Shown piece after piece: positions 1-10,232 of a stretch of DNA of 32,000 nt. The notes below the pieces were generated by a model. It saw only the letters and a program-made list of their open reading frames with translations, did no database searches and was not told the origin of the DNA. Position numbers and translations under genes: made by a program. How positions within the stretch are numbered: position 1 is the first letter of the stretch; every line of letters starts with the position of its first letter. The stretch comes from Candidatus Electronema halotolerans (lineage in GTDB: Bacteria; Desulfobacterota; Desulfobulbia; Desulfobulbales; Desulfobulbaceae), in assembly GCA_942493095.1 (NCBI GenBank), contig OW818675.1, forward strand, positions 2,310,001-2,342,000. Direction: 5' to 3'.

Positions 1-833
1 AAGGGTGCGCAGACTGCCTCGCAGCAATCAGCAGCCCAGTAAAAAGGCTGAATCGGCAGCCGGACAAGCACGGCTTTGCGGTGCAAGGCCGTGGCAATGA
101 TCCGGCCCATTTCAATGATCGAGAGCGGCTGGTCATTGGCCGCGATCAGGGCCTCGCCCAAGGTCTGCTCCGCAGCAGCGGCTTGGAGAATGATTTCGGT
201 CAGATCATCAACATGAATGAGCTGAATACGGCCTTTGCCCCTGCCCAGCATCAGAATCAGGCCCTTGTTGACCATGCGGAACATTTTCAGCATGCGTTCC
301 TCGCCAGGACCGCAGATGGCGACTGGCCGAATGATGGAGCAGGGCAGGCCGCTGGCTTGCAGCCACTGCTCTGTCTCCAGCTTGGTGCGCTGATACCCGT
401 CATTGGGACTGAAACGGTACTGCTCGTCCGCAGGTTCCTCGCCTGGAATATGGCCATGCACCCCGACCGTGGAGACATAGAGAAACCGTTTGAACGCAGG
501 CTGTCCCTGCACAGCTGCGCCCATAAGCTGGGCCAGATGGAGATGAACCCGGCGGCAGCCCTCCTCTGTGGCCTCGCCCTCGCGGAAGGCGGTGGCTAAA
601 TGAAAAATATACTCTGCTCCGGCAGCAGCCTGCCTGACAAGCTCAGGATCGGCAATATCGCCCCGGAACCAAGTGATGCCCAAGCCGTCCAGCTCGTCAG
701 TTTTTGACGAAGGACGAACGATGGCGCTGATTTTCGCTCCGGCAGCAGCCAGCTTTTTGCTTAAAACCCTGCCAGTAAAGCCGGTGGCTCCGGTGATCAA
801 AACCTTGGCATTCTGGAACTGCTCATGCGCCAT
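1..833 (-). CDS. NAD(P)-dependent epimerase/dehydratase family protein (C-terminus beyond window)
   Basis: Reverse-strand frame from ATG at 833 reads MAHEQFQNAKVLITGATGFTGRVLSKKLAAAGAKISAIVRPSS..., a GxxGxxG Rossmann motif of extended SDRs, followed by YQRTKLETE (YxxxK) and no stop to the window edge. Not in the ORF track, presumably because it is open-ended. Confidence 0.88.
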   Translation of the reverse strand, partial: MAHEQFQNAKVLITGATGFTGRVLSKKLAAAGAKISAIVRPSSKTDELDGLGITWFRGDIADPELVRQAAAGAEYIFHLATAFREGEATEEGCRRVHLHLAQLMGAAVQGQPAFKRFLYVSTVGVHGHIPGEEPADEQYRFSPNDGYQRTKLETEQWLQASGLPCSIIRPVAICGPGEERMLKMFRMVNKGLILMLGRGKGRIQLIHVDDLTEIILQAAAAEQTLGEALIAANDQPLSIIEMGRIIATALHRKAVLVRLPIQPFYWAADCCEAVCAP

Positions 834-1025
834 TTTTTCACATCTCCTGAGGAGGAAGGCTGCTGCTTGAAATTGGGGACATTATAGCGCAGCAGCCGGA
901 GCAGTTCAAGGAAAGATGGGGACGGCCCGCCTTTGGCTGGACTGCCCCGCTTCAACTTGAACTCTGGCGCGCAATCGGGTATTACTTTGCCATCTGCATT
1001 CACCCCAGCCAAGGACTGCGCCCCT

Positions 1026-3449
1026 ATGAACCGGAACCGAATCGCCCTCAGCCTCTTTCTCACCGCTTTGACCACCCTGATGGCCGAACTGGCCTTGGTG
1101 CGGATTTTCGATGTGATCTGGTATGCCAACAAAGCCTACATGATCATCACGATGGTCATGTTCTGCTTCGGACTGGCCGGGGTGCAGCAGTCCCTCTGGC
1201 CCGTGCGGAAGGAGAAGCGGCTGAGGACTAAACTTGCAGGACTGGCCTTTTTTTTCGGCCTCTTCCTGCTCGTGCTGCTGCCTGCGGTCAACAGCCTGCC
1301 GCTCAATTTAGCCAACATTCAAGCCAGTTCCGGCAAGGACATTGCCGCCTTTGCCGCTCTGTATCTGCTTTTAGCCACGCCATTTTTTCTCTCCGGCCTG
1401 CTCTTCACCATTATTTTCTCGGCCTATTCTGAGGATATTCAGCGGCTCTACTTCTGGGACTTGGCCGGAGCCGCTGTCGGCTGCTTGGTGCTGATTCCTG
1501 TCCTGCCGTACATTGGCCCGGCAGGCGCGCTCTTTCTCGGCAGCGGTCTCTGCTGGATCACCGCCGGTCTGCTGGCTGAAGGCAGATTCTGGCAAAGGCT
1601 GCTGCCGCTGCTCGGCATTGCCGTTGCCGCAGTCCCGATGATCAAATCCTTCGCCGCTCCTGCCTATTCCCCGGACCGCTACTTTGAATTCCAGCATCAT
1701 GTCTCCAAGCGGGGCGTGCGGGAAAGCTATGCCAAGGAAACTGTGGAAATGAGCCAGTGGGATCCGATCAGCAAAATTGATGTGATCAATATCGGCAGGG
1801 CCAAGCACATTGCCTATGACGGCGGCACCCAGTCCAGCTTCATCTATCCCTTTGACGGCGACTTTGCCAAGCTGCGGGCCGCCCTGCCCAAGGCGACCAC
1901 AGCCAATTTCGGCGGCCAGAATGTCTATCTCAGCCACTGGCTGAAGCGGGATAGCAACGCTGAAGTGCTGATTATCGGCGCGGCTGGCGGTCAGGAAACC
2001 AAAGCGGCCCTGACCTTTGGCGCGAAACATGTTGATGCGGTGGAACTGGTCGGCTTTGTCGTCAAAGTCGGCAAGGAGCTGTACAAGGACTACAACGGCG
2101 GCATCTTCAATGATCCCCGCGTGACCGTCTTTGCCGATGAGGGCCGCAGCTTTCTCCGGGCTTCGGACAAGAAATACGACATCATCCAGATGTACAGCAA
2201 CCACACCTCCAGCAGCATTGCCGCAGGCAGCGGGGCCATGTCAACCGCCTATCTCCAGACCGCTGAGGCGTACATCGAATATTTTCAGCATCTGAAACCG
2301 GACGGCATCCTCCAGATCAACCACCATATTTATCCGCGCATGGTGACCACAGCAGCCAAGGCGTGGAAGGAGATGGGCCGCACCGATTTCCGCCGTCATG
2401 TCATCGTCTTTCAGGCCAAGAGCGGGGTGAGCGACCACCTGCCCACCCTGCTTGTCCGCATGACTCCGTGGACAAAGGAGGAAGTCGCCCTGCTGGAGCA
2501 CTGGTTCTGGGGCCACACCAAAATGGTGGAAAATCCCTATAACAAAGAAGCCTCAATGCTCAGTGACGAGTTCTATTCCGGGGAGCTGTCCAAGGCAACC
2601 ACAGACTTTGTCCCCTTCCGGGTGCTGGCGGCCACAGACAACCGGCCCTATTTCAACTTCCTGCGCAAAGAATGGGCGCGCTACAACCGCGCTTACCCTG
2701 AAAAATACATGGACTATTCCACTGCCGCCTGGTTGAGCATGCAGTATGGCAGAGATCGAGCTATCCCCAGCGACATCATGCACTTAGTCGTCGTTTCCGC
2801 AGCCTCGCTGCTCTTCGCGCTGGTCTTCATCCTAATCCCGCTGCTCTTCTCCAAGGCCGGACGGGCGCGCTGGCCGGGCAAGCTGGCCTCATTAGGCTAT
2901 TTTTCCTGCCTTGGCGGCGGCTTCATCATTGTCGAGCTGGTCTTCATTCAAATTTTTATGAAACTGATCGGCTTTCCCCTCCACACCTACTCGACAGTGG
3001 TCTTTGCCATGCTGACCGCTGCCGCGTTGGGCAGCCTCTGTTCAGGAAAGGCGGACATCAGTCCGCAGCGGCTCTGGCTGCTGCCCTTTGTCGGCACCAT
3101 GCTTGCCGTGCTGCTGTTCATCGCTGTGTATCCGTCCTATTTCAGCCACTTTCTCGCCTTCTCCATCTGGCTGCGGATGGCGGCGGCAGCAGCGCTCATC
3201 CTGCCTGCGGGCTTTTTCATGGGCATGTGCTTTCCGCTCGGCATTCTCGCGGTGAGCAGGCAGCCGGAGGGCGCGGTGGCTTGGGCCTGGGGCATGAACG
3301 GCCTCTTCACGGTCATCGGCGGCATTGCCAGCGTGCTGCTCTCCATCTATCTCGGCTTCAATTTCACCCTCTTCTGCGCTGTGCTGATCTATGCCCTGGC
3401 TCTGGCATTGTTCATGCGGATGCGGCAGGCCTTGGCAGCGGCGCACTGA
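1026..3449 (+). CDS. Multi-TM protein fused to a spermidine synthase-like (SAM methyltransferase fold) domain
   Basis: ORF 933..3449; likely start MNRNRIALSLFL at 1026. N-terminal TM helices, central VLIIGAAGGQETKAALTFGAKHVDAVEL and DIIQMYSNHTS motifs, C-terminal TM helices. Confidence 0.85.
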   Translation: MNRNRIALSLFLTALTTLMAELALVRIFDVIWYANKAYMIITMVMFCFGLAGVQQSLWPVRKEKRLRTKLAGLAFFFGLFLLVLLPAVNSLPLNLANIQASSGKDIAAFAALYLLLATPFFLSGLLFTIIFSAYSEDIQRLYFWDLAGAAVGCLVLIPVLPYIGPAGALFLGSGLCWITAGLLAEGRFWQRLLPLLGIAVAAVPMIKSFAAPAYSPDRYFEFQHHVSKRGVRESYAKETVEMSQWDPISKIDVINIGRAKHIAYDGGTQSSFIYPFDGDFAKLRAALPKATTANFGGQNVYLSHWLKRDSNAEVLIIGAAGGQETKAALTFGAKHVDAVELVGFVVKVGKELYKDYNGGIFNDPRVTVFADEGRSFLRASDKKYDIIQMYSNHTSSSIAAGSGAMSTAYLQTAEAYIEYFQHLKPDGILQINHHIYPRMVTTAAKAWKEMGRTDFRRHVIVFQAKSGVSDHLPTLLVRMTPWTKEEVALLEHWFWGHTKMVENPYNKEASMLSDEFYSGELSKATTDFVPFRVLAATDNRPYFNFLRKEWARYNRAYPEKYMDYSTAAWLSMQYGRDRAIPSDIMHLVVVSAASLLFALVFILIPLLFSKAGRARWPGKLASLGYFSCLGGGFIIVELVFIQIFMKLIGFPLHTYSTVVFAMLTAAALGSLCSGKADISPQRLWLLPFVGTMLAVLLFIAVYPSYFSHFLAFSIWLRMAAAAALILPAGFFMGMCFPLGILAVSRQPEGAVAWAWGMNGLFTVIGGIASVLLSIYLGFNFTLFCAVLIYALALALFMRMRQALAAAH

Positions 3450-3450
3450 C

Positions 3451-5319
3451 ATGCCGCGTTTTCTCAGCCTGCTGCGGCGGCACACAGGCCTGCTGATCCT
3501 GCTGCTTGCTGGTGCCGCAGTTTATCAGCATTTTTTTCTCAGCCGGGCATACATCGAATTTGACTACACGACTGACCACGACACTGCCATTCAGATGCTC
3601 TGGGCCGGAGAGGGCGAGCAGTTTTCCCGCAGCTGCATGGCGACCGCGCCGCTGCCGAAAAACTCCATGCGCACTGGTTTCTTTCTGGGCAGTCTCAGCA
3701 CCATGCGCTCTTTCCGCTTTGATCCGATGGGCAAAGAAAGCGGGACGGTTGTTTTCCGCCGGATCACCATTACCCAGCCGGGCTGGAAGCCCCTGATCTT
3801 TGCTGCGCAAGCTGATTTCGCCCGCTTCCGCCCTGGCAAAAATGTTTCTGAGGCCTCCTTTGCTGAGGGCTGGGGCTGGGTGGTGCGTTCCGACAGCGGC
3901 GATCCTGATTTTTATGTGGATCATTTTGATCCGCCGCCGCGTGATTTTGTCAGCTTGGCCAAAGAACTGAGCCGCTTTCTCCTGCTCGCGCTCCTTCTGC
4001 ACCTGCTGCTGCAAGGATTCGCGCCGCTGACCAAGGACTTCGGCTATGTGCCCCTGCTGCTTTTGGGGGTGACGCTGCTGACAGCGGTGCTGGCAGTGAC
4101 GACCAATTCAGGCAGCCATCCTGATGAACTGGTGCATGAGGCGGCTGCGTCTTATTATGAGCAGCACTGGCTGATGCCTGCGGCGGAATCGCCGGAGATT
4201 GCCGCCACCTACAGCGGCTACGGTGTTTCCCGGCTCAATTCGCGGGAGATCGCTTATTTCCTGATTGGCAAGTTTTCCCGGCTGGTTGAGATATTCCGGC
4301 TGCCCTCCTTTCAGCGGCAACGGCTCTTCAATGTGGCCCTGCTGGCCTGCCTTGTCCTGCTGACGGTCAATTCCACAGCCGCCCGGCTCCTGCTCCTGCC
4401 GTTTCTCATGACCCCGCAGGGCTGGTATTTGTTCGGCTATTGCAACTCTGATGCCTTTGCCCTCTTCCTCACCCTGCTGGCCTGCCAGCAGCTTGCTGAA
4501 CCGGAATCGCTGTTCAACCGCCTGCTGGCAGGTCGGACAACGGGCTGGCTCCCTTTCATCCAGCTGGGCCTGCTGGCCGGGCTGCTCCTGCTGATTAAAA
4601 AGAATTTTTATATCGTCATCCTCTTTGCCGCCTTCTGCCTCCTGCTTGAATTTGTTTGTCGGCAAAGAACATTCTCCTGGCCTACGCTGCGCCGCATCGC
4701 CGCTCTTGTTGGAATCGGCACGGCCATATTCGGCCTCCGCACCGGCTTGGATATATCTGTCAATGGCTGGAACAAGGCGGCAACAATTCAGCAATTGCGG
4801 GAGGAGCGGGCCGAGCGGGCCTACAAGCCCAGCACTGAGCTGGCCAAACAGCATCCGCATCTCAATCTGAAGGGACGGGGGGTGCGCCTGCAAGAACTGC
4901 TCGGCGACAAGTATCGCTGGGGCGGACATATCATCCGCAGTTTCTACGGGGTCTATGGCCAGATGAGCGTGGCGGCCAGCAAAAGCTATTTCACGCTGAT
5001 GATCCGCTGCGGCTGGCTTTTTCTTGCTACAGTCTATCTGACTGTCCTGCTGCGGGGCGGCTGGACTGAACGGCTGCTCCTGCTCAATCTGACCTGCTGC
5101 GGCCTTGTGCTGATCAGCGGCGGGATATGGGCATCGTGGACCAAAGATTTTCAGCCGCAGGGCCGCTACATGCTGCCCATGCTGCCCATGCTCGGCCTGC
5201 TGCTGACAAAAACAGAGCCGCTCTTCCCGCCGCTGCTGCTGCGCGCCTTCTTCACCCTGATGTTCCTGCTCTCACTGGGCAGCTTCCTCTTTATCGCCTT
5301 GCCCTCGCCGCTGCTGTAA
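3451..5319 (+). CDS. Large multi-TM protein, probable envelope/glycosyltransferase-like membrane protein, function unknown
   Basis: ORF frame 3391..5319; ATG at 3451 directly follows the previous stop; many hydrophobic segments, translationally adjacent to the previous gene. Confidence 0.7.
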   Translation: MPRFLSLLRRHTGLLILLLAGAAVYQHFFLSRAYIEFDYTTDHDTAIQMLWAGEGEQFSRSCMATAPLPKNSMRTGFFLGSLSTMRSFRFDPMGKESGTVVFRRITITQPGWKPLIFAAQADFARFRPGKNVSEASFAEGWGWVVRSDSGDPDFYVDHFDPPPRDFVSLAKELSRFLLLALLLHLLLQGFAPLTKDFGYVPLLLLGVTLLTAVLAVTTNSGSHPDELVHEAAASYYEQHWLMPAAESPEIAATYSGYGVSRLNSREIAYFLIGKFSRLVEIFRLPSFQRQRLFNVALLACLVLLTVNSTAARLLLLPFLMTPQGWYLFGYCNSDAFALFLTLLACQQLAEPESLFNRLLAGRTTGWLPFIQLGLLAGLLLLIKKNFYIVILFAAFCLLLEFVCRQRTFSWPTLRRIAALVGIGTAIFGLRTGLDISVNGWNKAATIQQLREERAERAYKPSTELAKQHPHLNLKGRGVRLQELLGDKYRWGGHIIRSFYGVYGQMSVAASKSYFTLMIRCGWLFLATVYLTVLLRGGWTERLLLLNLTCCGLVLISGGIWASWTKDFQPQGRYMLPMLPMLGLLLTKTEPLFPPLLLRAFFTLMFLLSLGSFLFIALPSPLL

Positions 5320-5332
5320 GTATCAAGCGGTG

Positions 5333-7066
5333 CTACGTATCCGGCTTGGCGTTGTTGGCCATCAACAGCTGCTCGGCCAAATCAAGACGGCTTTGTAAAT
5401 GCGGCACCTGCTTGCAGAGAGGCAGAAGGATGCTGTAGGCCTCCTGCGCATAGGCCACAGACTTTGCCTTCTCTGGAACAAGTTTCAGATAGAACATACT
5501 GAAGTTGATCAGTGTTTCTGTCATATACGGGAGAAATGCTTTTGGCTGTGCCTTGGCTAGGCCGCGTCTGATCTTCAGGGATTCTTCAAATTCTTCAACC
5601 GCCGTTATATAGCTCTTCGTCTCAGCATGTAACGCCGCAAAGCTGTTCAATGTTGTGGCCACATCCGGGAGAAATGCTTCTGGATTCGACTCAGCCAAGC
5701 TGCGGTATGTCGTCAAAGCCTCTTTGTATTCTCCAGCAGCTTGGTCATATTTTCTTGTTGCAAAATTCAGGTTCGCCATATTGTGCAGCGTCTGTGCGAC
5801 ATAAGGGAGAAATGCTGCTGGGTAGGCCTCAGCAAGCCTGCGTCTAATCTTTAAGGATTTCTGGTATAATTTCAAACCAAGGATATAGTTATTTCTACTG
5901 GAATGAAAGTTCGCCAAACTATTCAATATGGTCGCAAGATATGGAAGAAAGACTTCTGGCTTAGATTTGGCAAGATCTTGATATATCGACAGTGCTTCTT
6001 TACATTCTTCCAGAGCTTGAACATGTTCTTTGTTTTCAAAATGCAGGTTCGCGATATTGTGTAATGTTTGCGCAACACCAGGAAGAAATGCTTCTTGATT
6101 GACCTTGGCAAGGCTACGTCCGATCTTCAAGGCTGCTTGGTATGCTTTCAGAGCTGGGCCGAAGTCATTTTGATGAAAATGTAGGTTGCCAAGATTGTTC
6201 AGCGTCGTCGCCAAATATGGACGAAAGGCTTCCGGGTTGGATTTGGCAAGGAACTGGTAGATGTTTAAAGCCTCTTCATATTCTTTCAAAGCCGAGCCAT
6301 ATTTGGCTGTTTCCTTATGCAGCACTCCAAGATTGTTCAAGGTTATAGCAATATCTGCGGCAATAGCTTCCGGGTCGCCCTCGGTGATATCGCGATATTT
6401 CTTCAGAGCCTCTTGCCATAGCGGTTCGGCTTTTCTGAAGGCACTATGGTTATGGAGAAAAAGAGCATATGCAACCAGTATCCCTGCTGTTCGAGCCGTA
6501 GCAAGGGCCTGCTCAAAATAGCTCTCTGTCCGCTGGAATCTGTCTTCACCCTCTTCCACCGGAGTAATCTGGGAAAGCTTGGCCTTGAGCAGGAACTCGT
6601 TCGCCTTGTCCGCCAAGTCCTTGCGCACCGCAGCCAGCCTGTCCTCTGCCGCGTGTTCCGCTGCTTTGAGTTGCTCCACCTCGGCACTGATCTCCTCGGC
6701 CTTGAGCACGGCATCCGCTTCCCGAAACTCGCCTCGATCAAAATGCGCCTTGGCCTGCCGCAGCCGTTCCGTGTTGATCGGAATGCGGGTGAACAACTCA
6801 TGCAAACGGAAGACATCTGCCTTAAAGTCTTCCAACTGCTTATGGAGAGCAGCAAGTTTCTCTCCTTTCTTCAGCCGCCTTGATATGTTGTCTGTCGGAA
6901 TCTCCCGCAGGTCTTCTTCCGTTTCGGCAATATCTGCCATGAGCCGCTGATAATCAACTGAACCATAGAGATGATTGTGGATGACCTTATCCCTGCCGAT
7001 ATTATCGCCGCCGTCTCTGTTCGTCTGGTGCAGCTCAGTCGTGCTGTGCTCGTGCCGGTCAAACAT
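5333..7066 (-). CDS. TPR-repeat protein with N-terminal GGDNIGRDKVIHNHLYG motif and coiled coil
   Basis: 577 aa; N-terminus MFDRHEHSTTELHQTNRDGGDNIGRDKVIHNHLYGS, helical segment, then about 50-aa repeats of the type YxxALxIyrxLAkxNPExFLPyvAxTLnNlaxLh (kinesin-light-chain-like TPRs). Confidence 0.9.
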   Translation of the reverse strand: MFDRHEHSTTELHQTNRDGGDNIGRDKVIHNHLYGSVDYQRLMADIAETEEDLREIPTDNISRRLKKGEKLAALHKQLEDFKADVFRLHELFTRIPINTERLRQAKAHFDRGEFREADAVLKAEEISAEVEQLKAAEHAAEDRLAAVRKDLADKANEFLLKAKLSQITPVEEGEDRFQRTESYFEQALATARTAGILVAYALFLHNHSAFRKAEPLWQEALKKYRDITEGDPEAIAADIAITLNNLGVLHKETAKYGSALKEYEEALNIYQFLAKSNPEAFRPYLATTLNNLGNLHFHQNDFGPALKAYQAALKIGRSLAKVNQEAFLPGVAQTLHNIANLHFENKEHVQALEECKEALSIYQDLAKSKPEVFLPYLATILNSLANFHSSRNNYILGLKLYQKSLKIRRRLAEAYPAAFLPYVAQTLHNMANLNFATRKYDQAAGEYKEALTTYRSLAESNPEAFLPDVATTLNSFAALHAETKSYITAVEEFEESLKIRRGLAKAQPKAFLPYMTETLINFSMFYLKLVPEKAKSVAYAQEAYSILLPLCKQVPHLQSRLDLAEQLLMANNAKPDT

Positions 7067-7068
7067 GG

Positions 7069-7263
7069 CTATTCCCTGCTGATTTTATCCCTGCCTACGT
7101 TGTCGCCTCCGCCGCTGTTGGTCTGCTGCACAGAATACGTGCCAGTCTTCCCGGCCTGACCCTTGTTCTTCTTCGGCCAAAGCCAGCCGCAGACTATGGT
7201 CAGCACAAAAACACCGATGCCGCTGAAAACCCATTCCTTGTTCTTCATGATCCACGCAAGCAT
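7069..7263 (-). CDS. Small single-TM protein with C-terminal QQTNSGGGDNVGRDKI motif
   Basis: 64 aa MLAWIMKNKEWVFSGIGVFVLTIVCGWLWPKKNKGQAGKTGTYSVQQTNSGGGDNVGRDKISRE; AGGGGA Shine-Dalgarno upstream; stop 2 bp before the next start codon; shares a motif with the downstream TPR protein. Confidence 0.75.
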   Translation of the reverse strand: MLAWIMKNKEWVFSGIGVFVLTIVCGWLWPKKNKGQAGKTGTYSVQQTNSGGGDNVGRDKISRE

Positions 7264-7388
7264 GATGCTTCCCCTCTGTTCCGCTTGCCCGCAACCTGCG
7301 GGAATGCTTTGCTTCCACCTGCGTCAACTTACCTCAGCAGGCCGCTGTAGTAAACAGCAATCAGCCTCTCCAGCCGGAGACGCAGAAA

Positions 7389-7550
7389 GAGACACTACGG
7401 TGTCTCCCCAAGAGTCACCATAGTGACTCCCTCGGAGTCAGCAGAGTATCTCCCACCGAGTCACTATAGTGTCTCCACCAGAGTCAGCGTAGTGACTCCG
7501 AGGGAGTTACCGTAGTGTCTCTGCAAGAGTCAGCAGAGTGTCTCCGGCAG
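7389..7550. repeat. Seven tandem 23-24-bp palindromic units, consensus near GAGTCAC-N4-GTGWCTC plus 5-6 bp
   Basis: Units at 7389, 7413, 7436, 7459, 7482, 7505 and 7528. Unit 1 GAGACAC-TACG-GTGTCTC and unit 2 GAGTCAC-CATA-GTGACTC are perfect 7-bp inverted repeats with paired changes. Confidence 0.9.
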
Positions 7551-7668
7551 AGGGAGCTTTCTGGCTGTGAAGAGTAAAGCGGAGGAAGAACAAAAAGATA
7601 AGGGACAGTCCGAAGACCGCCCCTCTATGTGGTGCTGCTGCTGAAATGACGCGCTGTGCTCCTGCTGA

Positions 7669-10188
7669 TCAAGTCTCGCTGTTATCTGCCTCGACGCTCT
7701 CCTCTTCTATTCCCTCCTCCTCAGAAGAACGGGCCAAGATGGACATATCGACCACCTTTTCGTCCTCACCGAGATTGATCATGCGCACGCCCTGCGTGTT
7801 GCGGCCAATGACCCGCATGGAATCCATCGGCATACGGATGACCTTGGCCGAGTCAGCAATCAGCATCACTTGGTCGCTGTCCTCCACCTGCAATGCGCCG
7901 ACCACCAGACCGTTGCGCTCGCTGGTCTTGATGGTGCAGACCCCCTTGCCGCCCCGGCTTTGCAGGCGGTACTCGGACACTGCGGTCCGCTTGCCGTAGC
8001 CGTTTTCCGTCACCGTGAGGATGGAGGACTCGCACTCGCTCTTCTTCAGCACCACCGCCCCGACCACCTCATCGTCCTCTGCCAAGGTGATGCCCTTGAC
8101 CCCGGCGGCAAGACGGCCCATGACCCGGATGTTGTCCTCATGAAAATGAATGGACATGCCATTGCGGGTGACTAAAAAGACCTCATCCTCGCCAGAGGTG
8201 ATGTCGGCGCAGAGTATCTCGTCGTCCTCGCGGATGGTCAGGCCGAACTTGCCCTTGCGCAAGGGTTTCTTGTACTCGCGGATGCTGCTCTTCTTAACCA
8301 CGCCCTTCTTGGTCACTGTGAGCACGGAGAGCGCCTCGTCCGCATTGGCCAAGTCTGTCACCGGCAGGACAGCCGCCACCTTCTCGTCCTCGCCCAGCTC
8401 CAGCAGATTGACAATGGCCCGGCCCCGCGCTGTGCGTCCGCCTTCAGGCAGCTCATAGACCTTGCGCCAATAGACCCGGCCCTGATTGGTGAAGAAGAGG
8501 AAGGTGTCCAAAGTTGAGGCGGTGTAGAGGCCGGAGACAAAATCATCCTTGCTGTCCGCCATGCCGGTCACGCCCTTGCCGCCCCGGCGCTGGGCGCGGT
8601 ACAGACTGAGGGCATTGCGCTTGATGTAGCCGTTGTGCGAGACCGTGACCACCATCTCCTCAACCGCGATCATGTCTTCCGGCAGGATTTCATCTGGCGT
8701 GTCAATGATCTCGGTGCGTCGTTCATCGCCGTACTGGCTGCGGATGTCCTTGAACTCGTCGCGGATGATCTGCATGACCAAGGACTCGTCAGCCAGCACC
8801 TGCCGCAGCCAAGTAATCCGCTCCTTGATTTCCGTGTATTCCTGGACAATCTTGTCGCGCTCCAAACCGGTGAGCCGCTGGAGGCGCATGTCCAAAATAA
8901 CTTGCGCTTGCAGGTCAGAGAGGGCGAAACGCTCGGTCAGTCCGGCCTTGGCATCTGACGGCCCGGCAGCGGCTCTCACCAGCTCCACCACCGCATCCAG
9001 ATTCTCCAAGGCAATCTTCAGACCTTCGAGAAGATGAGCGCGCTCCTCAGCTTTGTTCAACTCAAAGGCGGTGCGGCGATAGACCACGGTGCGGCGGTGT
9101 TCAAGGAAATGCTCCAGGAGCTGCTTGAGGTTGAGCACCTCCGGCCTGCTGTTGACAATGCAGAGCATGATCACGCCAAAGCTCTTTTGCAGCGGCGTGA
9201 GGGTGTAGAGCTGGTTGATGGTCACGTCCGGGTTCTCGTCCCGCTTCAGGTCCATGACTATGCGCAGGCCGTCCCGGTCCGACTCGTCCCTGACCTCAGC
9301 AATGGAGGTGATCCGCTTGTCCTTCATCAGCAGGGCGATCTTCTGCACCAAGGCGGCCTTGTTCTGCTGAAAAGGAATTTCTGTCACAACAATGGCTGCG
9401 CCGTCGCCTTTTTTGCGCTGCTCGATATGCAGGCGGGCGCGCATGACAATGCTGCCCCGGCCAGTGCTGTAGGCATCGGCAATGCCTGCCCTGCCGCAGA
9501 TGAAGCCGCCAGTCGGGAAGTCCGGGCCAGTGATGTGCTCCATGAGCTGGGGCAGGCCGATCTCAGGCTCGTCAATCAGGGCCAGCAACCCATCAATCAG
9601 CTCGCTCAGGTTGTGCGGCGGAATCTTGGTCGCCATGCCCACGGCAATGCCTTCCGAGCCGTTAAGGAGCAGGTTGGGAATCCGGGCGGGCAGGACAGTC
9701 GGCTCCTGCTGCGAGCTGTCATAGTTGGGGATGAAATCCACCGTGTCCTTGTCAATGTCCGCGACCAGCTCCTGATCCAGCCTGCTCATCCGGGCCTCGG
9801 TGTAGCGCATGGCCGCAGGCGGGTCGCCGTCCATAGAGCCGAAATTGCCTTGGCCATCGACCAGCGGATAGCGCAGGGAAAAATCTTGGGCCATGCGCAC
9901 CAGAGTGTCATAAACTGCGGTGTCGCCGTGCGGATGGTACTTGCCGATCACGTCGCCGACAATGCGGGCCGACTTGACATAAGGCCGGTTGTGGAAGGTG
10001 CCCAGCTCGCGCATGGCGTAGAGGCAGCGCCGATGCACCGGCTTGAGGCCGTCGCGCACGTCCGGCAGGGCGCGGCCGACAATCACGGACATGGCATAGT
10101 CCAAGTAGGACTTGCGCAGCTCCTTTTCTATGTCAACGGTCTGAATCGCTTCGGGCAGGAGTTCGTCCTGCGCTGTCTCTATGGTCAT
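7669..10188 (-). CDS. gyrA: DNA gyrase subunit A
   Basis: 839 aa; [78 protein letters not shown], and GyrA C-terminal beta-pinwheel QSRGGKGV motif. Confidence 0.98.
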   Translation of the reverse strand: MTIETAQDELLPEAIQTVDIEKELRKSYLDYAMSVIVGRALPDVRDGLKPVHRRCLYAMRELGTFHNRPYVKSARIVGDVIGKYHPHGDTAVYDTLVRMAQDFSLRYPLVDGQGNFGSMDGDPPAAMRYTEARMSRLDQELVADIDKDTVDFIPNYDSSQQEPTVLPARIPNLLLNGSEGIAVGMATKIPPHNLSELIDGLLALIDEPEIGLPQLMEHITGPDFPTGGFICGRAGIADAYSTGRGSIVMRARLHIEQRKKGDGAAIVVTEIPFQQNKAALVQKIALLMKDKRITSIAEVRDESDRDGLRIVMDLKRDENPDVTINQLYTLTPLQKSFGVIMLCIVNSRPEVLNLKQLLEHFLEHRRTVVYRRTAFELNKAEERAHLLEGLKIALENLDAVVELVRAAAGPSDAKAGLTERFALSDLQAQVILDMRLQRLTGLERDKIVQEYTEIKERITWLRQVLADESLVMQIIRDEFKDIRSQYGDERRTEIIDTPDEILPEDMIAVEEMVVTVSHNGYIKRNALSLYRAQRRGGKGVTGMADSKDDFVSGLYTASTLDTFLFFTNQGRVYWRKVYELPEGGRTARGRAIVNLLELGEDEKVAAVLPVTDLANADEALSVLTVTKKGVVKKSSIREYKKPLRKGKFGLTIREDDEILCADITSGEDEVFLVTRNGMSIHFHEDNIRVMGRLAAGVKGITLAEDDEVVGAVVLKKSECESSILTVTENGYGKRTAVSEYRLQSRGGKGVCTIKTSERNGLVVGALQVEDSDQVMLIADSAKVIRMPMDSMRVIGRNTQGVRMINLGEDEKVVDMSILARSSEEEGIEEESVEADNSET

Positions 10189-10232
10189 GCCTGTCTGTTC
10201 TCAAGGGTTGTTATGATCATGCTTCCTGCGGC

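Noticed and set aside
81-599. Plus-strand ORF of 172 aa
   Set aside because: Antisense to the open-ended NAD(P)-dependent epimerase gene, which has strong family motifs.
7389-7550. CRISPR array interpretation of the regularly spaced repeats
   Set aside because: Only 5-6 bp separate the 18-bp dyads, so there are no spacer-sized unique sequences, units are diverged and no cas genes are present.
8635-10188. Fluoroquinolone-resistance change in gyrA
   Set aside because: The [11 protein letters not shown] segment has Thr at the E. coli Ser83-equivalent, a normal wild-type residue in several taxa; no evidence of acquired resistance.
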